A stretch of 64,000 nucleotides of DNA from an uncultured Porphyromonas sp. (GTDB lineage: Bacteria; Bacteroidota; Bacteroidia; Bacteroidales; Porphyromonadaceae), in NCBI GenBank assembly GCA_964535945.1, contig CAZHWP010000001.1:36230-100229 (forward strand). Direction: 5' to 3'. This document shows positions 18,657 through 28,110 of the stretch, piece after piece (position 1 is the stretch's first letter; each line of letters begins with the position of its first letter). Both the position numbers and the translations under genes were made by a program. A model generated the notes under the pieces. The model did not search any database and was not told the DNA's origin. It worked only from the letters and a program-made list of their open reading frames with translations.

Positions 18657-18952
18657 ATGCAAATCTAAGTACAATTTTTGATATAGGTGTAGTTTTCGGC
18701 TATTTATTACGACTTTTTCTGTCTTGGATTCTGAATTTTGGTAAATAGAGCTAGATAATGTTCTTTTGAGACAGGTTTTTGGCAGAATCGGTTCAAGGCT
18801 CTTCTGTGAGTTTTAGAAAATGGCTTGCTTTTGCCTTTATTTTTTAAGACTTTGCTTTTTTGCTTATAGGCTTTGTCGATTTCTCGAATTGTATGGAGCG
18901 ACCAGTGAAGAGTCGCCAAAGAAGTACCGCGTTTGCCTGCTCTTTGCTCGTA

Positions 18953-19729
18953 CTATCTCTGCCTGCGCCTCCACTCACTAAGAATAATCGCAGTTGCTAC
19001 GCTTACATTCAAGGATTCGGCTTGCTGGCCCGATTGGTTGGGCAGTTCTGCGATGGTGATGCGCTCTGTGATCAATTGCTCTAGAGCTGGGCTAATGCCT
19101 CTACCTTCGCTCCCCATCACCAATAGGGAGGCTTCGTGGCTTGGCGGAAGTTTGGCGTCGTAAAGGTCGTTGCCATTTAGAAAGCTACCTATTACTCGCT
19201 TGCCTGTAGCGATGAGCTCTTTTAGTACAGCTTCGGTATCTGCTATGCTTATGGCTCGTACGGGGCCTAGTGAGCCCATACTTGCCTGTACGACTTTGGG
19301 GCCATAGGGATCGGCCGAGCCATGCCCTATCCATACCTCGTCCATGCCAAACCAATGTGCCGTGCGTATGATACTTCCCATATTGCCAGGGTCTTGCACT
19401 CCGTCGAGTAGTAAGGTATTGCCTTTCAACTGTAAATCGCTGTCGTTGGATGCGGGTATCTCGAATACAGCAAGCAGATTTTGCGGCGTTTCGAGATTGC
19501 TTAGCTTGGAAAACTTGAATCCCTCTTCGAGTTCGATGAGCTCTCTAACAGATTGCAGTGGGATAGTGCTTAAGCTCGTCGCTGTGCCAATTAGCATTTG
19601 GCAACGGAAGTGTGGGAGCATATCGCCAATGCATTTGGCACCTTCGGCTATGAAGGCTCCTGCTTCTTTGCGCCCTTTGCGCGTAGCAAGGCTGCGTATG
19701 TATTTGCTTTGTTTGTTGGTGATAGTCAT
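18953..19729 (-). CDS. TrmH/SpoU family RNA methyltransferase
   Basis: LLDGVQDPGNMGSIIRTA, LVMGSEGRGIS and AESLNVSVA SPOUT motifs. Confidence 0.92.
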   Translation of the reverse strand: MTITNKQSKYIRSLATRKGRKEAGAFIAEGAKCIGDMLPHFRCQMLIGTATSLSTIPLQSVRELIELEEGFKFSKLSNLETPQNLLAVFEIPASNDSDLQLKGNTLLLDGVQDPGNMGSIIRTAHWFGMDEVWIGHGSADPYGPKVVQASMGSLGPVRAISIADTEAVLKELIATGKRVIGSFLNGNDLYDAKLPPSHEASLLVMGSEGRGISPALEQLITERITIAELPNQSGQQAESLNVSVATAIILSEWRRRQR

Positions 19730-19814
19730 CGTGATTGGCTTGCTGCTTGAGCAGCTCTATTATAATATATGTGTGTGTTCGCTTAGAGCGATAGTACTCT
19801 GGGCTATGGGGGCT

Positions 19815-20573
19815 TTATTCGAATACGATCTCTTTGGGCCTGTAGCCACGCAGGCTACCATCGGCCAGTTTTAGTATGAGCTCGCCCTGTGGGCTGATCC
19901 TGTCGATAGCAGCCAGGAAGCTCCCCTCGGCATCGCTAAAAGGATGTATCCCTTGGCGCCGATAAAGGTGCGCATGGTAAAAATCTTCGACAATTCGCGA
20001 CTGCCCATTGGCTAAGCGTTTGTTGAGCCAGAGGCAGTAGTCGACTATGCGCCGAGCAATTTGATCGGTATCGTATTCTTGCCCCGTGATCATGTAGAGC
20101 GAGCAAAATTTGGGTAGATGAGCTGGTGCATTTCGCTCGTTTACGTTCAAGCCTATGCCTACGATGCTGTATTCGATTTGTCCTTGCATGAGATCGCTCT
20201 CTATGAGTACGCCTGCCATCTTACGATCGGCAAAGTAGAGGTCGTTTGGCCATTTGAGACTTAGCACTCCACTATTTTGCTGCGCTTTGGTATAGGGTCT
20301 GATGGCGAGCAATAGGGCAACGGCTACCATCCGAGAGAGGGCGAACTGCTCTTTTGCAGGTAGGTAGCTAGGGCGCAAAAGGATCGAAAGAGTCATGTTG
20401 GCTCCAGGCTCGCTATGCCAGCTATTGCCAGCCTGGCCGCGCCCGGCACTTTGCTCTCTAGTGCTAAGTACCGACCCCTCTGCTAAGCTGGGCTCTTGGC
20501 TTAGCCATTGGTACATGGCTGCGTTGGTGCTGGGGCAGCTATCTAGCTGCCTATGTGTGGGGCTAGTATTCAT
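19815..20573 (-). CDS. birA: Biotin--[acetyl-CoA-carboxylase] ligase
   Basis: STN, QSAGRGQAGNSW, LKWPNDLY, KMAGVLIE and GIGLNVN motifs. ATG at 20573 preferred because the longer ORF overlaps the upstream gene. Confidence 0.92.
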   Translation of the reverse strand: MNTSPTHRQLDSCPSTNAAMYQWLSQEPSLAEGSVLSTREQSAGRGQAGNSWHSEPGANMTLSILLRPSYLPAKEQFALSRMVAVALLLAIRPYTKAQQNSGVLSLKWPNDLYFADRKMAGVLIESDLMQGQIEYSIVGIGLNVNERNAPAHLPKFCSLYMITGQEYDTDQIARRIVDYCLWLNKRLANGQSRIVEDFYHAHLYRRQGIHPFSDAEGSFLAAIDRISPQGELILKLADGSLRGYRPKEIVFE

Positions 20574-20940
20574 CGTCGGGGTACGATAGGTATGGCTCAC
20601 GGCTGCGAATTGCTTTGGGTAGCCCTTGGATAACCAGATAGTAGGAGTGGCGGATGAGGCGTTCGATGAGCGTATCGGGCACATCGCTTTCGATCGTTAC
20701 CTGATTCCAGTGCGTTTGGTTCATATGCCATGCACCGCTAATGCCGTTGTAGTGCTGGCGTAGCTTTTCGGAGCGGTCTGGATCGCACTTTAAGGCAATC
20801 ATCTTGGGGTCCTTTTCGAGAGGAATCAGTGCAAACATCTTCCCTTCTACCTTCATTACAAGGGTTTCTTCGTCGAAAGGGAAGCTTTCACTAACGTTCG
20901 GTTGCAATAAACATAGGTCGCGAACTTGCTCAATGTTCAT
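20563..20940 (-). CDS. MmcQ/YjbR family DNA-binding protein
   Basis: FPFDEETLVMKVEGKMFAL, LKCDP and AWHMNQTHWN motifs. Confidence 0.9.
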   Translation of the reverse strand: MNIEQVRDLCLLQPNVSESFPFDEETLVMKVEGKMFALIPLEKDPKMIALKCDPDRSEKLRQHYNGISGAWHMNQTHWNQVTIESDVPDTLIERLIRHSYYLVIQGLPKAIRSREPYLSYPDDEY

Positions 20941-21067
20941 AATATCTTTAATTTTGCTTCGTTACTAATAGAGGGTATCGCTTTATGTCGCTCGAAGGAA
21001 TTTCTGCGCGAGCAATAAAACCCTCCGAATCGCTCCGCTAAGACTAGGAGCCTGATAGACAAAGTTA

Positions 21068-21652
21068 ATGGAAAAACTCATTTGTGCGAGCAATAATGCA
21101 CATAAGCTGCAGGAGATGCGGCATATACTCGAGGGACTTGCCGAGCTTGTTAGCCTCGAGGAGATAGGCTACTATGAGGAAATAGACGAGACAGCCGACA
21201 CGCTCGAAGGGAATGCCCTCATAAAGGCACGCCAAGTGTATGAAGCGACTGGCAAAGCAACTATTGCCGACGATACGGGACTCGAGGTAGAACAACTCGG
21301 TAATAGCCCCGGTGTTTACTCGGCTCGCTATGCAGGTACGCCCGTGTCGAGCGAGGCAAATATCGACAAGTTGCTTCATAATCTGAAGCAGCTGCCCAAA
21401 CCGCACAAAGCGCGCTTCAGAACGGTTATAGCCCTAGTGAGTGAAACGGAAGAACGACTCTTCGAAGGGATCGTCGAAGGGCAGATACTCGACGAAAGAC
21501 GTGGCAGCGAAGGCTTTGGTTACGACTCGGTCTTTCAGGCCACTGAGAGCGATCGTAGCTTTGCCGAGATGAGCGAAGAAGAAAAGAATAAAATCAGCCA
21601 TCGCTCTCGCGCTTTGGCAAAATTACGACAGTATATATGCAAGGAAAGCTAA
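21068..21652 (+). CDS. rdgB: Non-canonical purine NTP pyrophosphatase (RdgB/HAM1)
   Basis: SNNAHK, ADDTGLEV, PGVYSARYAG, GFGYD and KNKISHR motifs. Confidence 0.95.
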   Translation: MEKLICASNNAHKLQEMRHILEGLAELVSLEEIGYYEEIDETADTLEGNALIKARQVYEATGKATIADDTGLEVEQLGNSPGVYSARYAGTPVSSEANIDKLLHNLKQLPKPHKARFRTVIALVSETEERLFEGIVEGQILDERRGSEGFGYDSVFQATESDRSFAEMSEEEKNKISHRSRALAKLRQYICKES

Positions 21653-23958
21653 AACTATTCATACTTGCTGCACTTTTACTAGTGTTGGCTGTACCTCAGC
21701 CACTAAGGGCTCAGGCCGATGTGTGGCAATCGATCCTCTCTATAAATAATACGCAACGAGTAGCCGATACACCCAATCGAATATTCGCTTTGGCAGAGGG
21801 GGTGCTTTACTCGGTGAGTAAGGATGAGCCACACGAGGTGAAGATCTACGATAGGCTCGCTGGACTTTCGGATATGGAGGTCGTGGACTTTGCTTACGAC
21901 GATAAACTGCAGATGCTCCTAATCTATTTCAATTCGGGAAATATCGATTTGCTGACAGAGAGTGGCGTCGTAAACTTGCCGTCTATCATGAACAATACGA
22001 GCATACAACAAAAGATGCTTAATAGGATCTGCATAAGCGACGGCAAAGCCTATCTGGCTGGTACATTTGGCTTAAGTGTGGTAGGGCTTTCAGAAGGCAA
22101 GATCTTAGCAACTTACTTCCAAGGACAAAACGTATTGGATGTAATTGTGCCTAGTAGTGGTAAGATCATAGCCCTACATCGTGGGCAACTCTGGCAGGGA
22201 GATGAAGCAAACAATCTGCAAGACCCTTCGCTATGGGATCAAATACCCATGAATGGCGTGGTGGTTCCAAACGTAAAGCAAGTAGCGCTAGATGATGCAG
22301 GAGATATGTATCTGATCAACTTGACTGGTGAGCTTTACCGAGCCAGAGCAGGAGAGGCAGTACAGATCGATCAATTCGACAAAGAGGCCTATCTGAAAAT
22401 GTCTAAGGCGGGCATCTTTGTATGGGACAAAGGGCTTGCAAAACTTTATAGAGAAAGTGGTGTACAACAATTGAATGCACCAGGGGCGCAATTCTTTAGC
22501 GCCAATACCGATGCGCAAAAGGCTTGGGTGGCACTGGGCAATGATGGAATAGCTTCGCTAGACTTAAGCAACACCACAGCTGAGCTACAAGCGCTCAAGG
22601 TCGATTATGACGGACCGTCAAACAATTTTTACTGGCGTATCCGTTTTCAACACAAGAATCTATACACAGCCCGAGGCAACTGGGATGTGGTACGTACGTT
22701 TATTCCCGGTGAGGTGAAAGTCTTTGACGGGCTAAAGTGGACCATCCACTCGCAGCAATCTGTGATGGAAGCTATATCGCCCAAAGAGTTTTTCGATGTG
22801 ATAGACGTTATTGCCGATCCCAAGGATCCTAATCACTACTTTGCAGCTACCTGGGGCTGCTCGCTCTTCGAATTTGTAGATGGAAAACCTCAGAAGCAGT
22901 GGATGCCAGACAATAGTGCCTTGACCCCTGCCAATCCGCCCGACGAAGTGCGTGTAAACTCGCTGCACTACGATGCAAAAGGGAATCTGTGGATGACTGT
23001 GGGGCATACCCAACGAAATATGGTGATGCTCGATACCGACGGAAAGTGGCATAGCTTGGCTTTTCCAGAGATTGACAAATTTGATGCCTTTGGCGACTTG
23101 ATCAGCTTTAGCAACGGCACCAAGTGGGTAAGTGTATTGCACCGTGGAGGAGAGTCGACAATACGTGGTGCATTCGTGTTTAATGACAATGGTACGCCCG
23201 ATAATCAGAGCGACGACAAGTGGCGTCACTTCGATCGCTTTTACAATCGACTAGGGGTGGCTATAGAGTTTCATACCATCTACTGTATGGCAATCGATAG
23301 AAATGGTGCGGTATGGTGTGGCAATAATAATGGGATCTTCTATGTGCCTAATGGTGCAAATGTGTTGCAATCGACCAATCACCCTGTGGCAATTCGCCCA
23401 ACGGGGGGACAAGAGCCTAACCTATTCTATATGCTCAATAACCTGCCCGTGCGTGCCATTGTGATAGATAAGCTAAACAACAAATGGGTGGCTACCGAAG
23501 GGGATGGCCTATACCTGCTATCTGAAGATGGGGGTACGATACTAAAACACTTTAGAATGAATAATAGCCCGATGCTTTCCAATCACGTGATGGGGCTCGC
23601 ATTGGACGAGAATACGGGCTTGCTATACATATCGACCAAGGCTGGTCTGATGAGCTACCAGACAGGAACGGCTGTAGATGAGTCTGTGATATTCGAAGAT
23701 CTGCACGCCTATCCCAATCCGCTGCGCCCAGAGATGCCAGACGGGGTGGTAATAGCTGGTCTTTCGGCTGGTGCCAACGTAAAGATCCTAAACGTAGCGG
23801 GGCAGATCGTATTTGAGGCAGATGCCGTAGGTAGCTCGCTAAAGTGGAGTGCCAGAGGGACAGATGGTGAGCGTGTGGCAAGCGGTGTATATATGGTGAT
23901 GGTCTACGACCCTATCTCGAAGAAAAGCAAATCCATACGCATAGCTGTGATTCGTTGA
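21637..23958 (+). CDS. porZ: Type IX secretion system anionic LPS delivery protein PorZ
   Basis: Signal peptide, Reg_prop-like beta-propeller repeats and a C-terminal T9SS CTD (AYPNPLRP...GERVASGVYMV). Length of 773 aa fits PorZ. Confidence 0.85.
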   Translation: MQGKLKLFILAALLLVLAVPQPLRAQADVWQSILSINNTQRVADTPNRIFALAEGVLYSVSKDEPHEVKIYDRLAGLSDMEVVDFAYDDKLQMLLIYFNSGNIDLLTESGVVNLPSIMNNTSIQQKMLNRICISDGKAYLAGTFGLSVVGLSEGKILATYFQGQNVLDVIVPSSGKIIALHRGQLWQGDEANNLQDPSLWDQIPMNGVVVPNVKQVALDDAGDMYLINLTGELYRARAGEAVQIDQFDKEAYLKMSKAGIFVWDKGLAKLYRESGVQQLNAPGAQFFSANTDAQKAWVALGNDGIASLDLSNTTAELQALKVDYDGPSNNFYWRIRFQHKNLYTARGNWDVVRTFIPGEVKVFDGLKWTIHSQQSVMEAISPKEFFDVIDVIADPKDPNHYFAATWGCSLFEFVDGKPQKQWMPDNSALTPANPPDEVRVNSLHYDAKGNLWMTVGHTQRNMVMLDTDGKWHSLAFPEIDKFDAFGDLISFSNGTKWVSVLHRGGESTIRGAFVFNDNGTPDNQSDDKWRHFDRFYNRLGVAIEFHTIYCMAIDRNGAVWCGNNNGIFYVPNGANVLQSTNHPVAIRPTGGQEPNLFYMLNNLPVRAIVIDKLNNKWVATEGDGLYLLSEDGGTILKHFRMNNSPMLSNHVMGLALDENTGLLYISTKAGLMSYQTGTAVDESVIFEDLHAYPNPLRPEMPDGVVIAGLSAGANVKILNVAGQIVFEADAVGSSLKWSARGTDGERVASGVYMVMVYDPISKKSKSIRIAVIR

Positions 23959-24075
23959 TAGCCCAAGCTGACAAAAAACATAGAAGCTCGTTCGGAAGCC
24001 CTCCTAGGGGCACGAACGGGCTTCTTGATTGAGTGAATAATCAATATCCAACTAATAATAAACCAATTGAACGCA

Positions 24076-25470
24076 ATGAAGAATTGTATCCAGATCGCAG
24101 CTATGCTGCTTCTTGCCTTAGGTGGCGCAAGTGGTATGCTAGCGCAAAACGCCCAAGGTGGTATCAGTAAACAACAGTTAGAAAAGTGGAGCAAGGCCGT
24201 AAGTGCCAACCCCAGCGATAAGGCGCTGAGGAATGCAATCGTGGCCAACGGCATGTTTTTTATGAATGCCGATAAATCGACTTATCCCGATGGGCAGTTT
24301 AGCCATCGTGTGGAGTCGAAGGGAATCTCCGACCAACAGCGCAGTGGACGCTGCTGGCTCTTTACCGGTATGAATGTGATGCGTGCAGATATGATGGCTC
24401 GTAACGACATGGGAGAGTTTTTCTTCTCGCACAATTACAATTACTTCTACGATCAACTCGAGAAGTGCAACCTCTTCTTGCAAGGAATCATCGATACGCG
24501 TCAGAAGCCTATGGACGACAAGATGGTGGAGTGGCTCTTTAAACACCCGCTCAATGATGGTGGCCAGTTTACCGGAGTTTCGGACAATATCATGAAGTAT
24601 GGTCTGGTGCCAGCTGAGGTGATGCCCGAAACTAAAAACAGTAATAACACCGATGCTCTTAATCGTATCCTATCGCGCATGTTGCGTCAGACCGGTATGA
24701 AGCTTCGTGCCGAAAAGGGTAGTGCTGCTAAGCTACAAAGCATCAAAGAGGATGCTCTGGGCAAGATCTATCGCCTACTTGTTCTCAATCTCGGTCAGCC
24801 CCCAACGGAATTTGAGTGGTCGCTACGTGACTCGAAAGGTAATATCGTCTCTACAGAGCGTTATACACCTCAGAGTTTTTACCAACGTTATGTAGGTGCA
24901 AACCTAAAGGATGACTTCGTGATGCTGATGAACGACCCTTCGCGTCCATACTACAAACTCTTTGAAATCGATTTTGACCGCCATGCGTACGATGGCAAAA
25001 ACTGGACCTATGTGAACCTGCCGATGGAAGATATCAAGGCTATGGCCATCGCTTCGATCAAGGATAGCACGATGATGTACTATTCGTGCGATGTGGGTCG
25101 TGAGCTAAATCGTGATAAAGGTGTGATGGCACTCGACAACTTCGACTATGCTTCGCTATTAGGGGAAGACTTTACCATGAGCAAGAAAGAGCGCATCCAA
25201 AGCTTCGATAGTGGATCGACCCATGCCATGACGCTGATGGCTGTCGACCTCGATGCCAACGGAAAACCTACGAAATGGATGGTAGAGAATAGCTGGGGCC
25301 CAACGAATGGCTATAAGGGACACCTGATCATGACGGACGATTGGTTTGATGCTTATACCTTCCGTATCGTAGTAGACAAGAAGTACGTTACCGATAAGGT
25401 GCTTGAGATCTTGAAGACTACTCCTACCCGTTTGCCTGCTTGGGATCCTATGTTTGCTCCCGAGTTGTAA
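24076..25470 (+). CDS. pepC: Aminopeptidase C (C1B, bleomycin hydrolase family) with signal peptide
   Basis: DQQRSGRCWLF (catalytic Cys), THAMTL (His) and VENSWG (Asn). Confidence 0.9.
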   Translation: MKNCIQIAAMLLLALGGASGMLAQNAQGGISKQQLEKWSKAVSANPSDKALRNAIVANGMFFMNADKSTYPDGQFSHRVESKGISDQQRSGRCWLFTGMNVMRADMMARNDMGEFFFSHNYNYFYDQLEKCNLFLQGIIDTRQKPMDDKMVEWLFKHPLNDGGQFTGVSDNIMKYGLVPAEVMPETKNSNNTDALNRILSRMLRQTGMKLRAEKGSAAKLQSIKEDALGKIYRLLVLNLGQPPTEFEWSLRDSKGNIVSTERYTPQSFYQRYVGANLKDDFVMLMNDPSRPYYKLFEIDFDRHAYDGKNWTYVNLPMEDIKAMAIASIKDSTMMYYSCDVGRELNRDKGVMALDNFDYASLLGEDFTMSKKERIQSFDSGSTHAMTLMAVDLDANGKPTKWMVENSWGPTNGYKGHLIMTDDWFDAYTFRIVVDKKYVTDKVLEILKTTPTRLPAWDPMFAPEL

Positions 25471-25524
25471 GTCAAGCCTGCTGAGGCTCTTCCATAAAGA
25501 GCCCCTCGCAGAATAATAAGCACT

Positions 25525-25564
25525 AAGAGCGTGTCGGACTAGGCTGTCTGGCACGCTCTTTTTG
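25525..25564 (+). terminator. Intrinsic terminator after pepC
   Basis: aagagcgtg/cacgctctt arms followed by a T run. Confidence 0.7.
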
Positions 25565-25772
25565 CATGAAGGCGACAGAGCTGAGCTTTCTGCTTTTTCT
25601 GACTTTTGGGATAATTTTTGGCTTTTCTTAGTATGCTACTCTCAAAAGAATCTAATTCGAAAGGCTGTTTTCTTATCGATTGGAGGCAATAGGTATCTTT
25701 GCCGTATAAGTCTCTTGCAGCACATAGCTTGTTGCACTAGACAAGTAAGAAACACTAATAAAGGATATCATC

Positions 25773-26702
25773 ATGAAAAAATCAGTATTAGCATTAGCTA
25801 CACTTGGCCTTTTGGCAGTAGGATGCTCAAACGACAATGACGGCCTCGACGAGGTAGATGCATTGTCTTCGAAGATTACATTTACTACTCAGAAGGCAAT
25901 TGGCGAAACCATTACTCTCAATATCGATGCCAAACCTTCCCATAAAGCTTCTATTTGGATTGACCTGAATGGAAATGGCATCAGAGAAAAGGGTGAAAAG
26001 GTAGGTGAATTCGATGAGGATGTAAAGTACGAAGTTCAAGTACAAACGATTTCGGTATACGGATTCGTTGAAGACTTTGAGTGCGATGGCAATTTTATTG
26101 TCGATTTGGATGTGAGCAAATGCATCAGTCTTGAGGAACTAGATTGTTCGAACAACTTGCTAACAGCTTTGAACCTCAGCAACAATGCTAAATTGACCGA
26201 CTTGGATTGTTCGAACAATGAGTTTGCGAGTTTAGATCTAAGTAAGAACCTCAATCTAGAAGACTTGGATTTGCAGTATAATAAGTTCAAAGTATTGGAT
26301 CTGTCGAACAATCTAGTACTCGAAGAACTCGATGCCAATAATAACGAGCTGACTGCCCTTGATCTGAGCGAAAATCTTAAGCTCAAGAGTCTTGACCTCT
26401 CCTATAATAAGCTGAGTGCGATCGACCTGAGTCGTAATCCAAAGCTTGAAACACTCAATCTTTCGGCCAATCAGTTTAAGGCCTTGGACTTGGCGCTAAA
26501 CTCCGAACTAAAACGTGTAAGTGTTTACGCCAACTTTATCAACGAGGTGGAAATGACCAAGTTGATCGAAAGTATGCCTAGCCGCCTAATCATACACAAC
26601 GCAATTTTTATGCCTATTAGAAAGAGCAATGAGTACAATGTGTTTACTCCAGTTCATAAAGCGATGGCGTTGGCGAAAAATTGGAAGGTGATCGAGCATT
26701 GA
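25773..26702 (+). CDS. Leucine-rich repeat lipoprotein (21-aa nested IRREKO/InlJ-like repeats)
   Basis: Lipobox LAVGC and about six LxxLDxSxNxLxxLDLSxNxx units. Own -7 promoter TATCTTTG at 25694-25701. Confidence 0.85.
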   Translation: MKKSVLALATLGLLAVGCSNDNDGLDEVDALSSKITFTTQKAIGETITLNIDAKPSHKASIWIDLNGNGIREKGEKVGEFDEDVKYEVQVQTISVYGFVEDFECDGNFIVDLDVSKCISLEELDCSNNLLTALNLSNNAKLTDLDCSNNEFASLDLSKNLNLEDLDLQYNKFKVLDLSNNLVLEELDANNNELTALDLSENLKLKSLDLSYNKLSAIDLSRNPKLETLNLSANQFKALDLALNSELKRVSVYANFINEVEMTKLIESMPSRLIIHNAIFMPIRKSNEYNVFTPVHKAMALAKNWKVIEH

Positions 26703-26735
26703 TCTGAGCATTGGAGACATAGCTCATGTATATAG

Positions 26736-26786
26736 AAGAAGAGCGTGCATAGACAGAATTGTCTCGCACGCTCTTCTTTATTTTTT
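26736..26786. terminator. Bidirectional terminator between the LRR gene and ychF
   Basis: aagaagagcgtgc (26736-26748) pairs with gcacgctcttctt (26766-26778), followed by T-rich sequence. The flanking genes converge. Confidence 0.75.
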
Positions 26787-26883
26787 GCCTGATTCTTCAC
26801 AAACCGTAACTGATAGCGCTTTATTTCTTACAGATTATGAGAACTTGCTATCTAGCGCTTAGACCGGATATCGACACAAATGG

Positions 26884-27987
26884 CTATACGTTGAAGCGGA
26901 AGTGCATGATATCGCCATCTTGCACCACGTAGTCTTTGCCTTCGACACTCATCTTGCCAGCTTCTTTTACCGCTGCTTCAGATCCGTAGGCAATGAAATC
27001 TTCGTACTTGATCACCTCGGCACGGATAAAGCCTTTCTCAAAGTCGGTATGAATCACGCCAGCGCACTGTGGCGCCTTGCTGCCTTTGACGTAGGTCCAA
27101 GCGCGCACCTCTTGTACACCTGCTGTGATATAGGTTTCGAGCTGGAGTAGTTTGTAGGCTGCCTTGATGAGGCGTGACACGCCACTCTCTTCAAGGCCAA
27201 TTTCGCCGAGGAATAGCTGTCGCTCTTCGTAAGTCTCGAGCTCGGCTATCTCGCTTTCAATCTTTGCTGCTACGATCAGAATGTCGGCACCTTCGTTTGC
27301 TACGGCTTGGCGCACTTGCTCGACGTATGCATTGCCTTTGGTGGCTGAGTCTTCATCTACGTTGCATACATAGAGTACGGGCTTGGCCGTAAGGAGGTAG
27401 AGCTCTTTGGCAATGCGTTCGTCGTCTTTATTGTCGAAGCTCACGCTGCGGGCATTCAGGCCCTGGCTCAGAGCTTCTTTGTACTTGATCAGCACTTCGT
27501 AGGTTTGCTTGGCCACCTTGTCGCCACCAGTTTGTGCTTGCTTCTCGACACGCTTGATGCGCGTGTCGATGCTTTCGAGGTCTTTGAGTTGCAGCTCAGT
27601 GTCGATGATCTCTTTGTCGCGTACGGGATCGACAGTGCCATCGACGTGAGTGATGTTTTCGTCGTCGAAGCAGCGTAGCACATGCAGAATGGCATCTGTT
27701 TCGCGTATGTTTGCGAGGAACTTATTGCCCAAACCCTCGCCTTGGCTAGCCCCTTTTACCAATCCTGCAATATCGACTATCTCGACCGTTGTAGGTAGAA
27801 TACGCTTGGGATTGATCAGTTCGGCGAGCTTATTGAGCCTCTCATCGGGCACCGTTATTACGCCCACGTTGGGCTCGATGGTGCAGAAAGGGAAGTTGGC
27901 CGATTGCGCTTTTGCGTTCGAGAGACAGTTGAAGAGGGTTGATTTGCCCACGTTGGGCAGCCCCACTATACCACATTGTAGTGCCAT
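26884..27987 (-). CDS. ychF: Redox-regulated ATPase YchF
   Basis: [35 protein letters not shown] and [16 protein letters not shown] motifs. Confidence 0.98.
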   Translation of the reverse strand: MALQCGIVGLPNVGKSTLFNCLSNAKAQSANFPFCTIEPNVGVITVPDERLNKLAELINPKRILPTTVEIVDIAGLVKGASQGEGLGNKFLANIRETDAILHVLRCFDDENITHVDGTVDPVRDKEIIDTELQLKDLESIDTRIKRVEKQAQTGGDKVAKQTYEVLIKYKEALSQGLNARSVSFDNKDDERIAKELYLLTAKPVLYVCNVDEDSATKGNAYVEQVRQAVANEGADILIVAAKIESEIAELETYEERQLFLGEIGLEESGVSRLIKAAYKLLQLETYITAGVQEVRAWTYVKGSKAPQCAGVIHTDFEKGFIRAEVIKYEDFIAYGSEAAVKEAGKMSVEGKDYVVQDGDIMHFRFNV

Positions 27988-28040
27988 ATGCTGATTGCTT
28001 TGTCTATAGTTTTAGCTTTATTGCTTTGAGTTTGAGCCCA

Positions 28041-28048
28041 CAAAGATA
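28041..28048 (-). promoter_or_regulatory. ychF promoter -7 element (TATCTTTG)
   Basis: caaagata on the plus strand matches TAnnTTTG on the minus strand, ~55 nt upstream of the ATG. Confidence 0.6.
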
Positions 28049-28110
28049 AAGCTTATTTATTTAATCTTACTTTTCGTAAGCTTAATAGACCGTACTCTTG
28101 CATAAGCCTC

